A stretch of DNA of 64,000 nt from an uncultured Planctomycetota bacterium. Its GTDB lineage: Bacteria > Planctomycetota > Planctomycetia > Gemmatales > Gemmataceae. The notes under the pieces are model-generated. The model saw only the letters and a list, made by a program, of their open reading frames with translations. It was not told where the DNA came from and searched no databases. This document shows, one piece after another, positions 20,030 to 33,964 of this stretch. How positions within the stretch are numbered: the first letter of the stretch is position 1; the number at the start of each line of letters is the position of its first letter. The stretch covers positions 1,408,001 to 1,472,000 of the forward strand of contig CAWKHF010000012.1 of NCBI GenBank assembly GCA_963849325.1, read 5' to 3'. The position numbers and the translations under genes were made by a program.

Positions 20030-21805
20030 TTGCCTCGGTTGATCGTCATCAAGGGCGTGGATGAAGGCAAGCAATTCGAGCTGAGCGGCCCGCACGTCGG
20101 CGCCGGCCGCGACAGTTCCAATCGCGTCAAGCTGCACGATACCGAAGTGTCGCGCCGCCACGCCGAGTTCGTCCGCACCGACGAGGGTTATCGCCTCGTC
20201 GATCGCGGTAGTGCCAACGGTACGTTCGTCAACAACCAGCCCGTCCGCGATGTCCTCCTGCAACCGGGCGATCAGATCCAGATCGGGCAGACTGTCTTCG
20301 TCTACTCCGCCGGGGTGCGTCCGGACGCCTGGGAACCGCCGGCGCGCGGCGACCTGGCCGACCACATCAGCCTCATCTCGCGTCAAGATCTCGAACTGCC
20401 GTCGGCCATCGTCCAGTCCATCGGCGAAACCGAAGGCAGCCGAATCCTCGCCCACCCCGAGCAGGTTGAAGGACCGTGGCTCAAGAACGCCTTGGCCAAC
20501 CTCATGTACCAGGCGACGCAGGCCGTCAGCCACATCCTCGACCTCAACCAGCTCCTCGAACGCATTCTGGAGCTGATCTTTCGCTACCTCGACGCCGACC
20601 GCGGCTGCGTCATGCTGCGCGAGGCGTCGGCGTCCGAGGCGGGGGCGGGATCGGCCGTGCCGCACAGCGCCGACTTTCAGCCCCAGGCGCTGCGCTGGCG
20701 CGACGGCATCAACCGCCAGGAGAAGATTCCCGTCAGCCGGACCATCATGGATTACGTCCTGCGCGAGAAGCAGGGCATTCTCGTCTCCGACGTGGCCGGC
20801 GACGAGCGCTTCCAGGCCGTGCAGAGCATCGTCCGCCACGGCATCCGCGAAATCATCTGCGTACCCATGAAGGGACGGCACGGAACGCTCGGCGTGCTCT
20901 ACCTCGACGCGCGCACCGCCTCGCGCGATCCGCTCGGCGGCGTCCCTGCCGGCGGCAAGCCCGCCAACAAGTTCAGCGGCGAACATCTGTTCCTGGCGGG
21001 CGCCCTCGCTCACCAAGCGGCCCTGGCGGTCGAGGAGACGCGCTACTACCAGGCCATGGTCCAGGCCGAACGCCTGGCCGCGGTTGGGCAGACCATCGCG
21101 GCGCTGTCGCACCACATCAAGAACATCCTGCAAGGACTCAAGAGCGGCAGCGAGATCCTCAAAATGGGCCTCAAGGACATGGACCCGGTGCTGTTGCAGC
21201 AAGGCTGGAAGAACATCGAAAAGAACCAGGGCAAAATCTACGACCTGGTCGTGGACATGCTCGGCTACTCCAAGGAGCGCGAGCCGAACATCGAGAGTAC
21301 CGACCTCAACGGCGTGGCCCGCGACGTGATCGAGCTGATGGCGCCGCGCGCCATGGAACTCGGCGTCGAGCTGACGGCGCGGCTTGACGACCAATTGCCC
21401 AACTGTCCGGCCGACCCCGAGGGCATTCACCGCGCCTTGCTGAACATTGTCGGCAACGCCCTGGACGCCGTGGAGGACGTGGAGTCGCCGTGCGTGATCG
21501 TGGCGACGGCGCGGGAGCCAAACGGTGAGTCGGTTTGCTTCGAGGTACGCGACAACGGCGGCGGCATTCCGCCGGAAAAGATCCACGACATCTTCCGCCC
21601 TTTCGTGAGCACCAAGGGAGCGCGCGGCACGGGACTGGGATTGGCCGTCAGCCGCAAAATCCTCCGCGAACACGGCGGCGACATCGTGGCCCACAGTCAG
21701 CCCGGACAGGGCAGTGTGTTCCTTCTGCGTTTGCCGCTGCGCAGCGCCTTCCATTCCGACGTCAACAGCACGCGCACCATCCATCCGCCGCTGGCGCCGG
21801 ATTGA
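20030..21805 (+). CDS. FHA-GAF-histidine kinase
   Basis: FHA motifs 'GR', 'SRRHA' and 'SANGTFVN', a GAF region, H-box 'SHHIKNIL', and HATPase N/G boxes 'DNGGG' and 'GTGLGL'. Confidence 0.92.
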   Translation: MPRLIVIKGVDEGKQFELSGPHVGAGRDSSNRVKLHDTEVSRRHAEFVRTDEGYRLVDRGSANGTFVNNQPVRDVLLQPGDQIQIGQTVFVYSAGVRPDAWEPPARGDLADHISLISRQDLELPSAIVQSIGETEGSRILAHPEQVEGPWLKNALANLMYQATQAVSHILDLNQLLERILELIFRYLDADRGCVMLREASASEAGAGSAVPHSADFQPQALRWRDGINRQEKIPVSRTIMDYVLREKQGILVSDVAGDERFQAVQSIVRHGIREIICVPMKGRHGTLGVLYLDARTASRDPLGGVPAGGKPANKFSGEHLFLAGALAHQAALAVEETRYYQAMVQAERLAAVGQTIAALSHHIKNILQGLKSGSEILKMGLKDMDPVLLQQGWKNIEKNQGKIYDLVVDMLGYSKEREPNIESTDLNGVARDVIELMAPRAMELGVELTARLDDQLPNCPADPEGIHRALLNIVGNALDAVEDVESPCVIVATAREPNGESVCFEVRDNGGGIPPEKIHDIFRPFVSTKGARGTGLGLAVSRKILREHGGDIVAHSQPGQGSVFLLRLPLRSAFHSDVNSTRTIHPPLAPD

Positions 21806-21888
21806 CCCGGTCGTTTAGCCGCGACGCGCAGCGGAGCGCGGGGATACTCTCGCGCTCCGCTGCGCGTCGCGGCTAAACGACCGGGTCA
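21803..21888. repeat. Palindrome family A, copy 3, with arms extended by 10 bp to both flanking stop codons
   Basis: Core at 21813-21878, flanked by TGACCCGGTC and GACCGGGTCA. Confidence 0.95.
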
Positions 21889-23585
21889 TACGACGATTTG
21901 CGTGGCCACGTCGGGATGCGACTCCTCGTCGCCGCGCGTGACGATGGGGTGCTCGCGCCACCACCGCGCCGCCTGCTCTTCGGTCCACTGGTCCGCCGCC
22001 GCGCAAGCGGCCAGGGCTTGCTCCAGGCTGTGCGCGTCCGGGAAACGACGGGCAGGGTCTTTCTCCAGGCAGCGCAGCACAACGGCTTGCAGGTCGAGCG
22101 GCACGTCCGGCTGGACCTTGGACAGCGGCAGGACCGGCTCGTAGGCGTGGGCCATGAGCATCATCATGGCCGTCTCGCGGACGAACGGCGCTTGCCCCGT
22201 CAGGAGGTAGTAGGCCACGGCGCCCAGGCTGTAGATGTCGCTGCGCGGATCGAGGATGGATCTTGCCGGCGGCCTGCTCCGGCGACATGTACGGCGGCGA
22301 ACCGAGGATGGTGCCGTGCTGCGGTGAGCCGATCGCCCTCCTTGCCGAAGCGCGTCTCCTGCACCAGGCCGAAGTCGAGCAGCTTGGCCACGTCGAAGAC
22401 GCCGCCGCGCTCGCAGGCGATGATGTTGCTGGGCTTGATGTCGCGGTGGAGCAGACCGACGCCGTGCGCCTCGCGCAGGGCACGGCAGACCTGGCGCAGC
22501 AGGTGGATGGCCCGTGCCGGCGACAGCGGCCCATAGCAAGCGACGAGATGGTCCAGGTTCTGTCCGGGCAGGTACTCCATGACGTAGTAGAAGGTGCCGT
22601 CGTCGGCGTGGCCGTAGTCGTAGATCTCGACGGTGTTCCAGTGCGTCAGCGTCGCCATGGCCTGGACCTCGCGCTCGAAGCGCTGCAAGTTGGTCGGGTC
22701 GCCGGCCTGCTCCGGGCGGATCAGCTTGACGGCGCAAGGACGGCGCAGCAGCAGATGCTCGGCCAGGAAGACCTCGCCCATGCCGCCGGCGCCGAGGCGC
22801 TTCTTGAGGCGGTACTGGCCCAGTTGCTGGGCCTCGAAGGCCTGTTCTTCGAGGACCTGGATGCGGTAGGAGCCGAACACGGCGATGGCCAGGGCCACCG
22901 CCAGAAGGATCGCCATGTCGAACAGGGAGAAGAATAGCTCCATCTGCGGCGGAGCGTGGCGCGAGGCAGCCAACGGCGTCAGGATCAACGGCGTCAGCGC
23001 CAGGCCGAGGCTGACCAGCAGACAGCGCCGCCAGGTGTTGGGGATGAACACGCCGTAAACGATGATGAGGAAGAACCAGCGCGTCGAGGTGTTGCCGACC
23101 GCGTGGTGCAGAAGAAGCGGACCCTGGGGACCGCGCGACGCTTCCGCCAGAGGGCCGTGAAGGAAGTCTCGATATTGCAGCCAGGCGAAGAAGACCGTCA
23201 GCGAGCCGAAGATGGCCAGCTCGATGGCCCGCAGGATGGGCAGCGACAGACGCTTGCGTCGCCACAGGATCATGGCTCCCACGGCCGCCACCAGGGCGGT
23301 GCCGCCGTGAAACACCAGGGCGAAGCCGGTCAGGTGCCGCGGCAGGTTCGGATCGATCAGATTGCGGATCAGGAAGGTGAGCGAGGGAGCCAACGTCAGC
23401 AGGGCGACGAAAAGCAGACGTCGCTGCAGCAGCGATTCGATGGCTCCGCGGAAGGCGGCCCCACCGCTGACGGGCATGGCCACCCGGCAGCGCGGCGTTC
23501 GCCGCGTCGGGCGCGAACCACCCGGAGGATAGTCCGTGGTCGAGCCGTCGGAGCGCGGCGCATTCGGCGCGGGGTAATTCATCAC
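21886..23585 (-). CDS. Membrane-bound Hanks-type Ser/Thr protein kinase (frameshifts at ~22260-22330)
   Basis: About six N-terminal TMs, then 'GAGGMGEV', 'AVK', 'HRDIKPSN', 'DFG', 'GSPPYMSPEQ' and 'DIYSLG'. Confidence 0.92.
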
Positions 23586-23706
23586 AGCGGACAGGCTCCG
23601 TCGAGGGTAGCCGATTCGGTCTCTCCCCTAACTATATCCTCTCGCCCCTGCCGTGGGAACGGAGTACCCGCGCCGTGGTGCCGTTCTATTCTAACAATAG
23701 TTTGGT

Positions 23707-23772
23707 TTTTCCGAGCCGCGAGCGTCAGCGAGCGGTGGACGGCCCGCTCGCTGACGCTCGCGGCTCGGAAAA
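23707..23772. repeat. REP-like palindrome family B (29-bp arms)
   Basis: TTTTCCGAGCCGCGAGCGTCAGCGAGCGG, an 8-nt loop, then its reverse complement. Confidence 0.9.
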
Positions 23773-23968
23773 GACTGCCCTCCGCCATAAGCGGCCCTTG
23801 CCGGTTCTACGCATGTTGCCATCCGCGTAGTCTACGGCGAGGGCGGGAGGGTCGGCGTGAACAAAGCGGCGCTTGTCCTCCGCCCCCACGCCCCGTTAAA
23901 TGATAAGAGGAATCGAGATCAATCGGCCCCTCTCTCGCGGCCCGAGGCTTTTGCGGAAACGTGACACT

Positions 23969-26760
<2,792 letters not shown>

Positions 26761-26775
<15 letters not shown>

Positions 26776-26820
26776 GTTCTGAGTTCTGAGTGAAAGACTC
26801 AGAACTCAGAACTCAGAACT
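26761..26820. repeat. Inverted heptamer tandem repeat (AGTTCTG)n...(CAGAACT)n
   Basis: About 4.4 copies, then GAAAG, then ~3.4 inverted copies. It spans the sucA stop. Confidence 0.92.
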
Positions 26821-26830
26821 GGAGATTGGC

Positions 26831-28087
26831 ATGTCCGTGGAAATCAAAGTGCCCTCCGTTGGGGAGTCGTCACGGAAGGGACCATCGCTCGCTGGCTGAA
26901 GGCGAACGGGGCGGCGGTGAAGGCCAACGAGCCGGTGTGCGAACTGGAGACCGACAAGGCGACGACCGAAGTGATGGCCCCCGCCGGCGGCCGGCTGAGC
27001 ATCACCGTGGCGGAAGGACAGAAGGTCGCCATCGGCGCCGTGATCGGCCAAATCGAGGAAGGGGTCGGACAGGCGGCCCCTTCGGCGCCGCAACCGGCTT
27101 CGCCGGTCAAAGGAGACGGCAATCGCGCCTGCCCGCCGTCAGTCCGGCGGCACCCGGACGCAGCCCTGGGGCGGAGCCGCTCTTGTCGCCGGCGGCGCGG
27201 CACGTCGCGGCCAACGAGGGGATCGATCCGCAGCAGGTCGCCGGCAGCGGCCGCGGGGGTCGTATCATCAAGGAAGACGTGCTCAGCCACCTTCAGCAGC
27301 GCGGCCCCGCCGCCGAGAAAACGCCTCCTTCCGCTCCACCGGCCGCACCCGTGGTCGAGAGCGCGAAGCCGCCAGCGGCCCCAGCGGGCCGCGAACGCCG
27401 CGAACGGATGACGCCCATCCGGGCGCGCATCGCCGAACGACTGCTCGCCGCCCAGCAGAACGCCGCCATCCTGACGACGTTCAACGAAGCGGACCTGCAG
27501 CGCCGTCATGGCCCTGCGCGTCAAGTACAAGGAGACCTTCCAGAAGAAGCACGGCGTCGGCCTGGGCTTCATGAGCTTCTTCGTCAAGGCGGCCGTCGAG
27601 GCCTTGCACGCCTTTCCCGCCGTCAACGCCTCCATCGACGGCAGCGACATCGTCTATCACAATTATTACGACGTCGGCGTGGCCGTCAGCACCGAGAAGG
27701 GGCTTGATGGTCCCCGTGCTGCGCGACGCCGACCAGATGAGCTTCGCCGACATCGAAAAGGGCATCGCCGCCCTGGCCCAGAAGGCGCGCGACAACAAGA
27801 TCAGCGTGGCCGACTTGCAGGGCGGCACGTTCACCATCACCAACGGCGGCATCTTCGGCTCGCTCCTGTCCACGCCGATCCTCAATCCGCCGCAAAGCGC
27901 CATTCTCGGCATGCACGCCATCCAGAAACGACCCGTGGCCGTGGACGATCAGGTCGTCATTCGACCGATGATGTACCTGGCCCTCTCCTACGATCATCGA
28001 CTCATCGATGGCCGCGAGGCGGTGAGCTTCCTCGTGCGCATCAAGGAGTGCCTGGAAAGCCCGGAACGGCTGCTGCTGGAGATTTAG
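26831..28087 (+). CDS. sucB: Dihydrolipoamide succinyltransferase E2 (several frameshifts)
   Basis: '[13 protein letters not shown]', lipoyl motif 'ELETDKAT', E3-binding '[12 protein letters not shown]', 'TFTITNGG' and '[10 protein letters not shown]'. Confidence 0.95.
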
Positions 28088-28119
28088 CTACTTGCGACAT
28101 CGAGTTACCTCCTGATATC

Positions 28120-28181
28120 GTCCGAGCCGCGACCGTCAGGGAGCGGAATAAGCCCCGCTCCCTGACGGTCGCGACTCGGAC
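28120..28181. repeat. REP-like palindrome family B variant
   Basis: GTCCGAGCCGCGACCGTCAGGGAGCGG ... CCGCTCCCTGACGGTCGCGACTCGGAC, with one mismatch. Confidence 0.9.
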
Positions 28182-28263
28182 AGTCCGCCGGAAATTCCTT
28201 GACCCACGGATACATAACCGATCCAATAAAACTAGCTGGGGAGAGGAATGCTCAGGAGGTATC

Positions 28264-31023
28264 GTGCCGATCCACTTCCGCTGTCCTCACTGCGAGAAAC
28301 TGCTGGCTCTCGGGACGCACAAGGGCGGGACGCAGATCCACTGTCCGATGTGCGACCACCTTGTCACGGTACCGCCGCGAACCGAGGTGGAGCTGCCGAC
28401 AACCACCGTCGTCCCGGCCGACCCCGCGCCGCCGCCTGTTGAGGCATGGTGGCTGTCGGCCGGCCCTCCGCCCCTGTCCGAAGCAATCACTGCCACGGCC
28501 GTCCCAGCCCCGGTGACAGACCCCCTCGTATTGGAAACCGCCCCGAAACCGACGGCAGCCAGCTCCGAAGGGACGATTACGGCCGCCGGTTTCTTCACGC
28601 GCCAGCACGGCTTGATCCTGGCCGGCGGCATCGCCGCCGCCCTGGCCGTCATCGCCGGCGCGCTGGCCTTGCTGCCCGGCCGAACGCACCGAGAGAAGCC
28701 CCAGCCAGCGGAACAGACGGCCCTCGTCGGCGACACGCGGAAAGAGCCGGAAAAACCGCGGGAACCTTCCTCGGCTCCCCCGTCCACGCCGAAGACACCC
28801 GCTACCCCGGTTCGTGAGGAAAAGCCGAGCCAGCCGGACAAACCGACGGTGCGGGAGAAGAAAGACGACAAGTCGTCCGCTCCGCCTCCTCCCGCGCCGC
28901 CGAAAAACGAAGCGCTCCAAACACCGACACCGCCGGTCGATCCTGCGCCGGTTGAAGTGGTCCGGAAGCCGGCCCCTGCCCGCCCGCTCGTGGTGAAGTA
29001 TCGCCGCGACGTGACCGAGGACGAGCTACGCCGCCAGATCGAGAAGGCGCCGGAGGTCGCGCTGGACCGGGGCAACGACCGCACCGAGGCGCAGCGCGCC
29101 GTGAGGCTGGCTCGCGCCGCGGCGGCGCAGGGCGGACGCATCGAGACGACACCGCGGCTGATGCTGCAGCGCGCCGACCTGGCCGGGCTGCCGATGCGCA
29201 TGGGCGACGAATGCCACCTGGGTCCGGCGACAGCCGACCATCTGCAGGGCGGCTCGCTGGCCCTGCGCGCGCATCTGCTGGAGGCGACTCGGGGCAGCGC
29301 CCGCGCGGCGACCGGCGACACGCGGCCCGACCCGAAAAAACTGTACGCCGCTCTCACCGCCGACGGCGAACGGCACAACAAATGGCTCAAGCCCGAAGCG
29401 GTCCCCGCCTTGCAGCAGCTGCTCATGGCCGAGAACGAGTCCATCCGCGAAGTGCTGGTCGATCAGCTGGCGCGCATCGACGGCAAGCGCGCCAGCGTCG
29501 CCCTGGCCCAGCGCGCGCTCTTCGATCTCCATGCCGGTGTCCGCAAGAGCGCCTTGATGGCGCTGCGGAATCGGCCGCGTCCGGAGTATCAAGCGGTCCT
29601 GCTCGACGGCTTCCTTCACCCCTGGTCAGCCGTCGCCGATCACGCCGCCGAGGCACTCGTCGCGCTGGGGATGCGCGACGTGGTGCCGGTGCTGCTAAGT
29701 CTGCTCGACCAGCCCAACCCCGCTGTTCCATACCGCAAGCCGGGTAAGGACGCGCCTTACGTCCGTGAGATGGTGCGCATCAACCACCTGCGCAACTGCG
29801 TCCTGTGCCACGCCCCCTCACTGAGTCCCGAAGATAAAGTGCGCGGTTTCGTGCCGCCGCCAAGTCAACATCTGGCACCCGGCCCCACAGGGGGCTACGG
29901 CGGTCGGTCGAACGGCATCTTCGTGCGGGCCGACGTCACCTATCTGCAGCAGGATTTCTCGGTGCCGCTGACCGTCAAGGATCCCGGTAAGTGGCCGGCG
30001 GCGCAGCGCTACGACTTCCTGGTGCGCGAGCGGCCGGCCACGCCGGCCGAGGTTCAGGCCGCCCGAGCAACCGAGGCGAACGCGCCGAGCGTGCACCAGA
30101 AGGCCCTTTTCTTCGCTTTGCGCGAACTGACCGGCGCCGACCCCGGCCCGACCGTCGAGGACTGGAAGCGCCTGTTCCTGCACGGCACCAAGGTGACGCG
30201 GATACAGGCCGAGATGCCATCGGCCGCCGGCGTGATCGCCGACGACCACGGCCGCGTTTGGGTCAGCGTCGCCGGCGAACTGCGGCAGGCCGAGCCGGTC
30301 GTCCGGCTCGAACCCTGGTCGAAGGATCTCGACGGCTGCAAGGATCTGGCTCTGGATGGCAAAGGTCGGCTCCTCGCCTGCCAGACGGCCAGGGACCGGC
30401 TCGTCGCCGTGGATCTCGCCAAGAGAACCGTTACCGTGCTGGCTGATCGCTACAAGGGCCAGCCCCTGCATGCGCCGACTCATCTCGTCGTGGACCGACA
30501 GGGCGGCGTCTACTTCACCGACGCGGCGGTGCGGACGCCGAGCGCAGGCGTCGGCGTCGCGGGCGCGGTGTATTATCTGTCGGCCCGCGGTACGCTGAGC
30601 CGACTGCCCATCTCCTTGCCGGCGCCCGGCGGCATTGGCCTGTCGCCCGATGAGAAGACGCTTTACCTGGCCAGCGCCGGCGGCCCGGAAGTGATGGCCT
30701 ATTCGCTGGAAGGCGTGGGCCTGCCGGGCAAGGGCAAGGTATTGTGCCGGCTCCAGACGCGGAGCGATGCGCCGATGCAATCCGCCGGCGGTCTTGCGGT
30801 GGACCGGCATGGCAACCTCTTCGTGGCGAACCCGGCGATGCGCGCCATTCAGGTGCTTAATTCCGAGGGGGCGCGGCTGGGTCTGATCTCTCTGCCGGAC
30901 GCGCCGCGGTCCTGCGCCGTCGGCGGCCCCCAGGGCAAGTCCCTTTACGTCACCACGCATCACGCTTTGTTCAAGATCGAATTGGAAACCGCCGGTGCCG
31001 GTCTCGCCGCTCGGGAACGCTGA
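28264..31023 (+). CDS. Multidomain protein: Zn-ribbon, TM helix, Pro-rich linker, HEAT repeats, CxxCH, SMP-30/gluconolactonase beta-propeller
   Basis: AGGAGGT RBS with a GTG start. CPHC...CPMC, a hydrophobic helix, HEAT-like helices, CVLCH, 'GGVYFTD', '[12 protein letters not shown]', '[12 protein letters not shown]' and '[11 protein letters not shown]'. Confidence 0.78.
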   Translation: MPIHFRCPHCEKLLALGTHKGGTQIHCPMCDHLVTVPPRTEVELPTTTVVPADPAPPPVEAWWLSAGPPPLSEAITATAVPAPVTDPLVLETAPKPTAASSEGTITAAGFFTRQHGLILAGGIAAALAVIAGALALLPGRTHREKPQPAEQTALVGDTRKEPEKPREPSSAPPSTPKTPATPVREEKPSQPDKPTVREKKDDKSSAPPPPAPPKNEALQTPTPPVDPAPVEVVRKPAPARPLVVKYRRDVTEDELRRQIEKAPEVALDRGNDRTEAQRAVRLARAAAAQGGRIETTPRLMLQRADLAGLPMRMGDECHLGPATADHLQGGSLALRAHLLEATRGSARAATGDTRPDPKKLYAALTADGERHNKWLKPEAVPALQQLLMAENESIREVLVDQLARIDGKRASVALAQRALFDLHAGVRKSALMALRNRPRPEYQAVLLDGFLHPWSAVADHAAEALVALGMRDVVPVLLSLLDQPNPAVPYRKPGKDAPYVREMVRINHLRNCVLCHAPSLSPEDKVRGFVPPPSQHLAPGPTGGYGGRSNGIFVRADVTYLQQDFSVPLTVKDPGKWPAAQRYDFLVRERPATPAEVQAARATEANAPSVHQKALFFALRELTGADPGPTVEDWKRLFLHGTKVTRIQAEMPSAAGVIADDHGRVWVSVAGELRQAEPVVRLEPWSKDLDGCKDLALDGKGRLLACQTARDRLVAVDLAKRTVTVLADRYKGQPLHAPTHLVVDRQGGVYFTDAAVRTPSAGVGVAGAVYYLSARGTLSRLPISLPAPGGIGLSPDEKTLYLASAGGPEVMAYSLEGVGLPGKGKVLCRLQTRSDAPMQSAGGLAVDRHGNLFVANPAMRAIQVLNSEGARLGLISLPDAPRSCAVGGPQGKSLYVTTHHALFKIELETAGAGLAARER

Positions 31024-31024
31024 T

Positions 31025-31089
31025 GTTTAGCCGCGACGCGCAGCGGAGCGCGAGGGCATCCCGCGCTCCGCTGCGCGTCGCGGCTAAAC
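31025..31089. repeat. Palindrome family A, copy 4 (loop AGGGCATCC)
   Basis: Identical arms. It supplies the TAG stop of the minus-strand gene. Confidence 0.95.
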
Positions 31090-31857
31090 GGGTTTAGCGT
31101 TCAGCGGAACCTCCAGAATGCGGCAGGGCGGACGATCCGGCCAGTGCCGGCGCAACAGCGGCAGCGACACGTTGTAGACGGGGATGCCGCCGCTGGTCTT
31201 GCCCTCCGGCGTGCCGCGATGAGCATGGCCGTGGAAGACCGCCGTCACACCGTAACGTTGCAGCGGCTCGCCGAGCCGGCCGCAGCCCAGAAAGGCGAAG
31301 ATCTCCGGCGGCTCGCCCTCCACCGTCTCCTGGATCGGCGAATAATGCAAGAGAGCAATGCGGCCGGGCATGCGCAGCCGCGCCAGCGCCGACTCCAGCT
31401 TGAGCGTCTCGTTCACCGCTTCCTGAACGAACTTCTTGATGATGTCCTCCCCCCACGCTCCCAGAGTGGCCCGGCCGAAACCGCCGGCGAAGCCCTTGAC
31501 GCCAGCGAAGCCAACGCCCTTGATCTCGCAGGCGTCACCGTCCAGCATCCGCACGCCGGCGTCGATCAGGATTTGCCTCACGTCGTCCTGCTTGCCCGCT
31601 TCGTAATCGTGATTGCCGAGCACGGCGATGATCGGAACCTTGACGGCGTTCAGCTCGCGGCTGAGGATCTGCGCCTCTTCGGGCAGGCCGAAATCCGTCA
31701 GGTCGCCGCCCAGGAGAAGGACGTCCGCCGCCTCGGCCATCCGTGCCAACATCGGTTGGAGTTGGCCGGCCGAAGCTTTCGTGCAGTGCAGGTCCGCCAC
31801 CGCCGCGACACGCACCACCTCCGCCTCTGGTTTGGCGGCGTCCTCTTTCTTCGTCAT
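31084..31857 (-). CDS. Calcineurin-like (Icc-related) metallophosphoesterase
   Basis: DLH, GDLTD, GNHD, LLH and GHAH metal-binding motifs. Confidence 0.92.
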   Translation of the reverse strand: MTKKEDAAKPEAEVVRVAAVADLHCTKASAGQLQPMLARMAEAADVLLLGGDLTDFGLPEEAQILSRELNAVKVPIIAVLGNHDYEAGKQDDVRQILIDAGVRMLDGDACEIKGVGFAGVKGFAGGFGRATLGAWGEDIIKKFVQEAVNETLKLESALARLRMPGRIALLHYSPIQETVEGEPPEIFAFLGCGRLGEPLQRYGVTAVFHGHAHRGTPEGKTSGGIPVYNVSLPLLRRHWPDRPPCRILEVPLNAKPV

Positions 31858-32006
31858 GCTGTCCCCCTTCGCATTACGGGTCGCGTTCGCAGGCCAAGTG
31901 CGGCAACTTCCGTGCCCCGGCATTCCATTTGCCCTCTTCTCTCCACCGCCTCCCGCGCCGGTTCGGCCAAGGAGGCTTTTTCCTCCACTGTCCCGAGACA
32001 ACGATC

Positions 32007-32804
32007 ATGTCCGGCGTGCCCGCGGTCTTCGACGAACTGGAACCCGTCACCAGTCGCTTTTACGTCAACGCCCTGGCCGTGTTGGCCGAGGCGAACGTGC
32101 CGTACCTCCTCGGCGGCGCCTACGCCCTGGCTCACTACACGGGGATCGTTCGCCATACCAAGGATCTCGATCTCTTCGTGCGGCCGGCCGACGCGCCTCG
32201 GCGCTGGAAGCGCTGGCGCGGGCGGGGTATCGCACCGAAATGACCTTCGCTCACTGGCTGGGCAAGGCTTTCTCCGGCAACGATTTCGTGGACGTGATCT
32301 TCTGTTCGGGTAATGGCTTGTGCGCCGTGGACGAGGACTGGTTCGCCTACTCGGTGCCCTGGGATCCAGGCGGGCGGCGCTCGGCTCTGTCCGGCCGAGG
32401 AGTTGATCTGGCAGAAAGCCTTCATCATGGAGCGCGAGCGCTTCGATGGCGCCGACGTGATCCACTTGCTCCGTGCCTGCGGCCCGGCGCTGAACTGGGA
32501 CCGCCTACTGCGCCGCTTCGATCGTCACGGACAGCTGCTGCTGGCCCACCTTGTCCTCTTCGGGTTCGTCTACCCCGGCGAGCGCGACAAGATCCCTCCG
32601 CGCGTCCTCGACCGTTTATTCGAGCGCTGGCGGAACGGGACGGGACGCGCCGAGGACGGGGAAAGGCTCTGCCAGGGGACGTTGCTGTCGCGGATGCAGT
32701 ATTTGTATGACACGGAACGCTGGGGCTATCAGGACGCTCGCCAGCCGCCTTGCGGCGTCATGACGCCGGAACAGATCACGCACTGGACGGCGGCGGGGCG
32801 GTAA
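32007..32804 (+). CDS. Nucleotidyltransferase-superfamily protein (frameshifts at ~32200 and ~32365)
   Basis: 'LGGAYALAHYTGIVRHTKDLDLF', 'HWLGKA...FVDVIF' and 'FIMERERFDGADVIHLL'. Confidence 0.75.
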
Positions 32805-32912
32805 CCGAACGGCCCGCGGACTCAACGAGTCCACGGGCCGCCCACGCAAAGACGTTCAGGACGACGCGCGCGACATGCGCTCGGCCACGTCATCTTCCGA
32901 ACGCGCCGAACG

Positions 32913-33272
32913 TCATCGACAGGCGCAGCTGACCAGGAAGCCGAGGCCGAAGGCGATGCCTACCGAGGCGACGGGATAGCGCCGGATCATGCCGGTCACG
33001 TCGCCCCAGAGGTCTTCGGCTCGGTCCCCGAAGGCGGAGAAGCCGTGTTGCAGCCCCTCGCGTGTACTGCTCCAGCTCTCGCCGGCCTGGCCGGCGACAC
33101 CGGAAACGAACTCGCGCGCCTTGTCGCGCATCTGTCCCGCCGTCTCACCCAGGTTGGACGCCATCTCCTGGGCTTTTTCCTTCAAGCCCTTGGCCTCTTC
33201 GGATTGGCCCGACGTGTCGCCCGGGTAGCCGGCGCTCGATCGCGGATGTCCACTGTCACCTTTACCTGCCAT
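32913..33272 (-). CDS. ElaB/YqjD/DUF883-like tail-anchored protein
   Basis: Amphipathic helical N-terminus and C-terminal 'IRRYPVASVGIAFGLGFLV'. The 3' end is uncertain. Confidence 0.7.
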   Translation of the reverse strand: MAGKGDSGHPRSSAGYPGDTSGQSEEAKGLKEKAQEMASNLGETAGQMRDKAREFVSGVAGQAGESWSSTREGLQHGFSAFGDRAEDLWGDVTGMIRRYPVASVGIAFGLGFLVSCACR

Positions 33273-33362
33273 GATCCACCTCCTTCTCGTGATTGAGACA
33301 GGACCGATCAACGACGGAAGAGATGCAAGTTCAATGCCGCAGGAACCCCAGGCGACGGATTG

Positions 33363-33872
33363 TTAATTGATGCTCGGCTGGGGAATGCGCGGCGGCGCCA
33401 GTTGGTCCCATAGTTCCTCGACCGGCGTATCGAACAAGAGCTTGCCGTTGGCCGCGACCACGGCCCAGGCGCCAACCGCCATCTCGTTTTCCAGCTGACC
33501 GCCGCCCCAGCCGGCGTAGCCGCTGAAGACGCGGAAGCGCGGCACCTGCCCCTCTTCCGTCTGCGAGGCACGGTCCAAACAAGCCGCGTCTCCCGAGTAA
33601 ATACCGGGGGCCAACTCGTGCTCCTTGCCCGGACCCGGCGGTTCGGAAGACTCGGCCCACTCGGGATGGCCATGCAGCAGGATCAGGCCCGGCGACGGAC
33701 AGGGACCGCCGACGAACAGCGGCCAGGGCATGTTTTCGGCCTCGGCCGGACGGTTGACCACCAGCCCGAAAGCCCCCTCGTCGCTGTGGGCCAGAAGGAA
33801 CACGACGGCGCGTTTGAAGTTCGGGTCCTGGAGGACGGGCTTGGCGATGAGAAAGCAACCGGCGTAAGACAT
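33363..33872 (-). CDS. YqgE/AlgH (UPF0301) family protein
   Basis: 'DPNFKRAVV', 'GAFGLVVNRP', 'GGP' and 'GYAGWGGGQLENE'. Confidence 0.9.
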   Translation of the reverse strand: MSYAGCFLIAKPVLQDPNFKRAVVFLLAHSDEGAFGLVVNRPAEAENMPWPLFVGGPCPSPGLILLHGHPEWAESSEPPGPGKEHELAPGIYSGDAACLDRASQTEEGQVPRFRVFSGYAGWGGGQLENEMAVGAWAVVAANGKLLFDTPVEELWDQLAPPRIPQPSIN

Positions 33873-33964
33873 GACGACGGCACCCATGCAAGAAGTCGGG
33901 GATCAATCCGATCCTTGTTTATTCTAGCAAGAATGAGACCGGAAAGTCGCGCCGAACGCGACCT

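Noticed and set aside
27508-31023. 1171-aa ORF as a SucB fusion protein
   Set aside because: Artefact of a sucB frameshift reading through intergenic DNA. The downstream gene has its own RBS and GTG at 28264.
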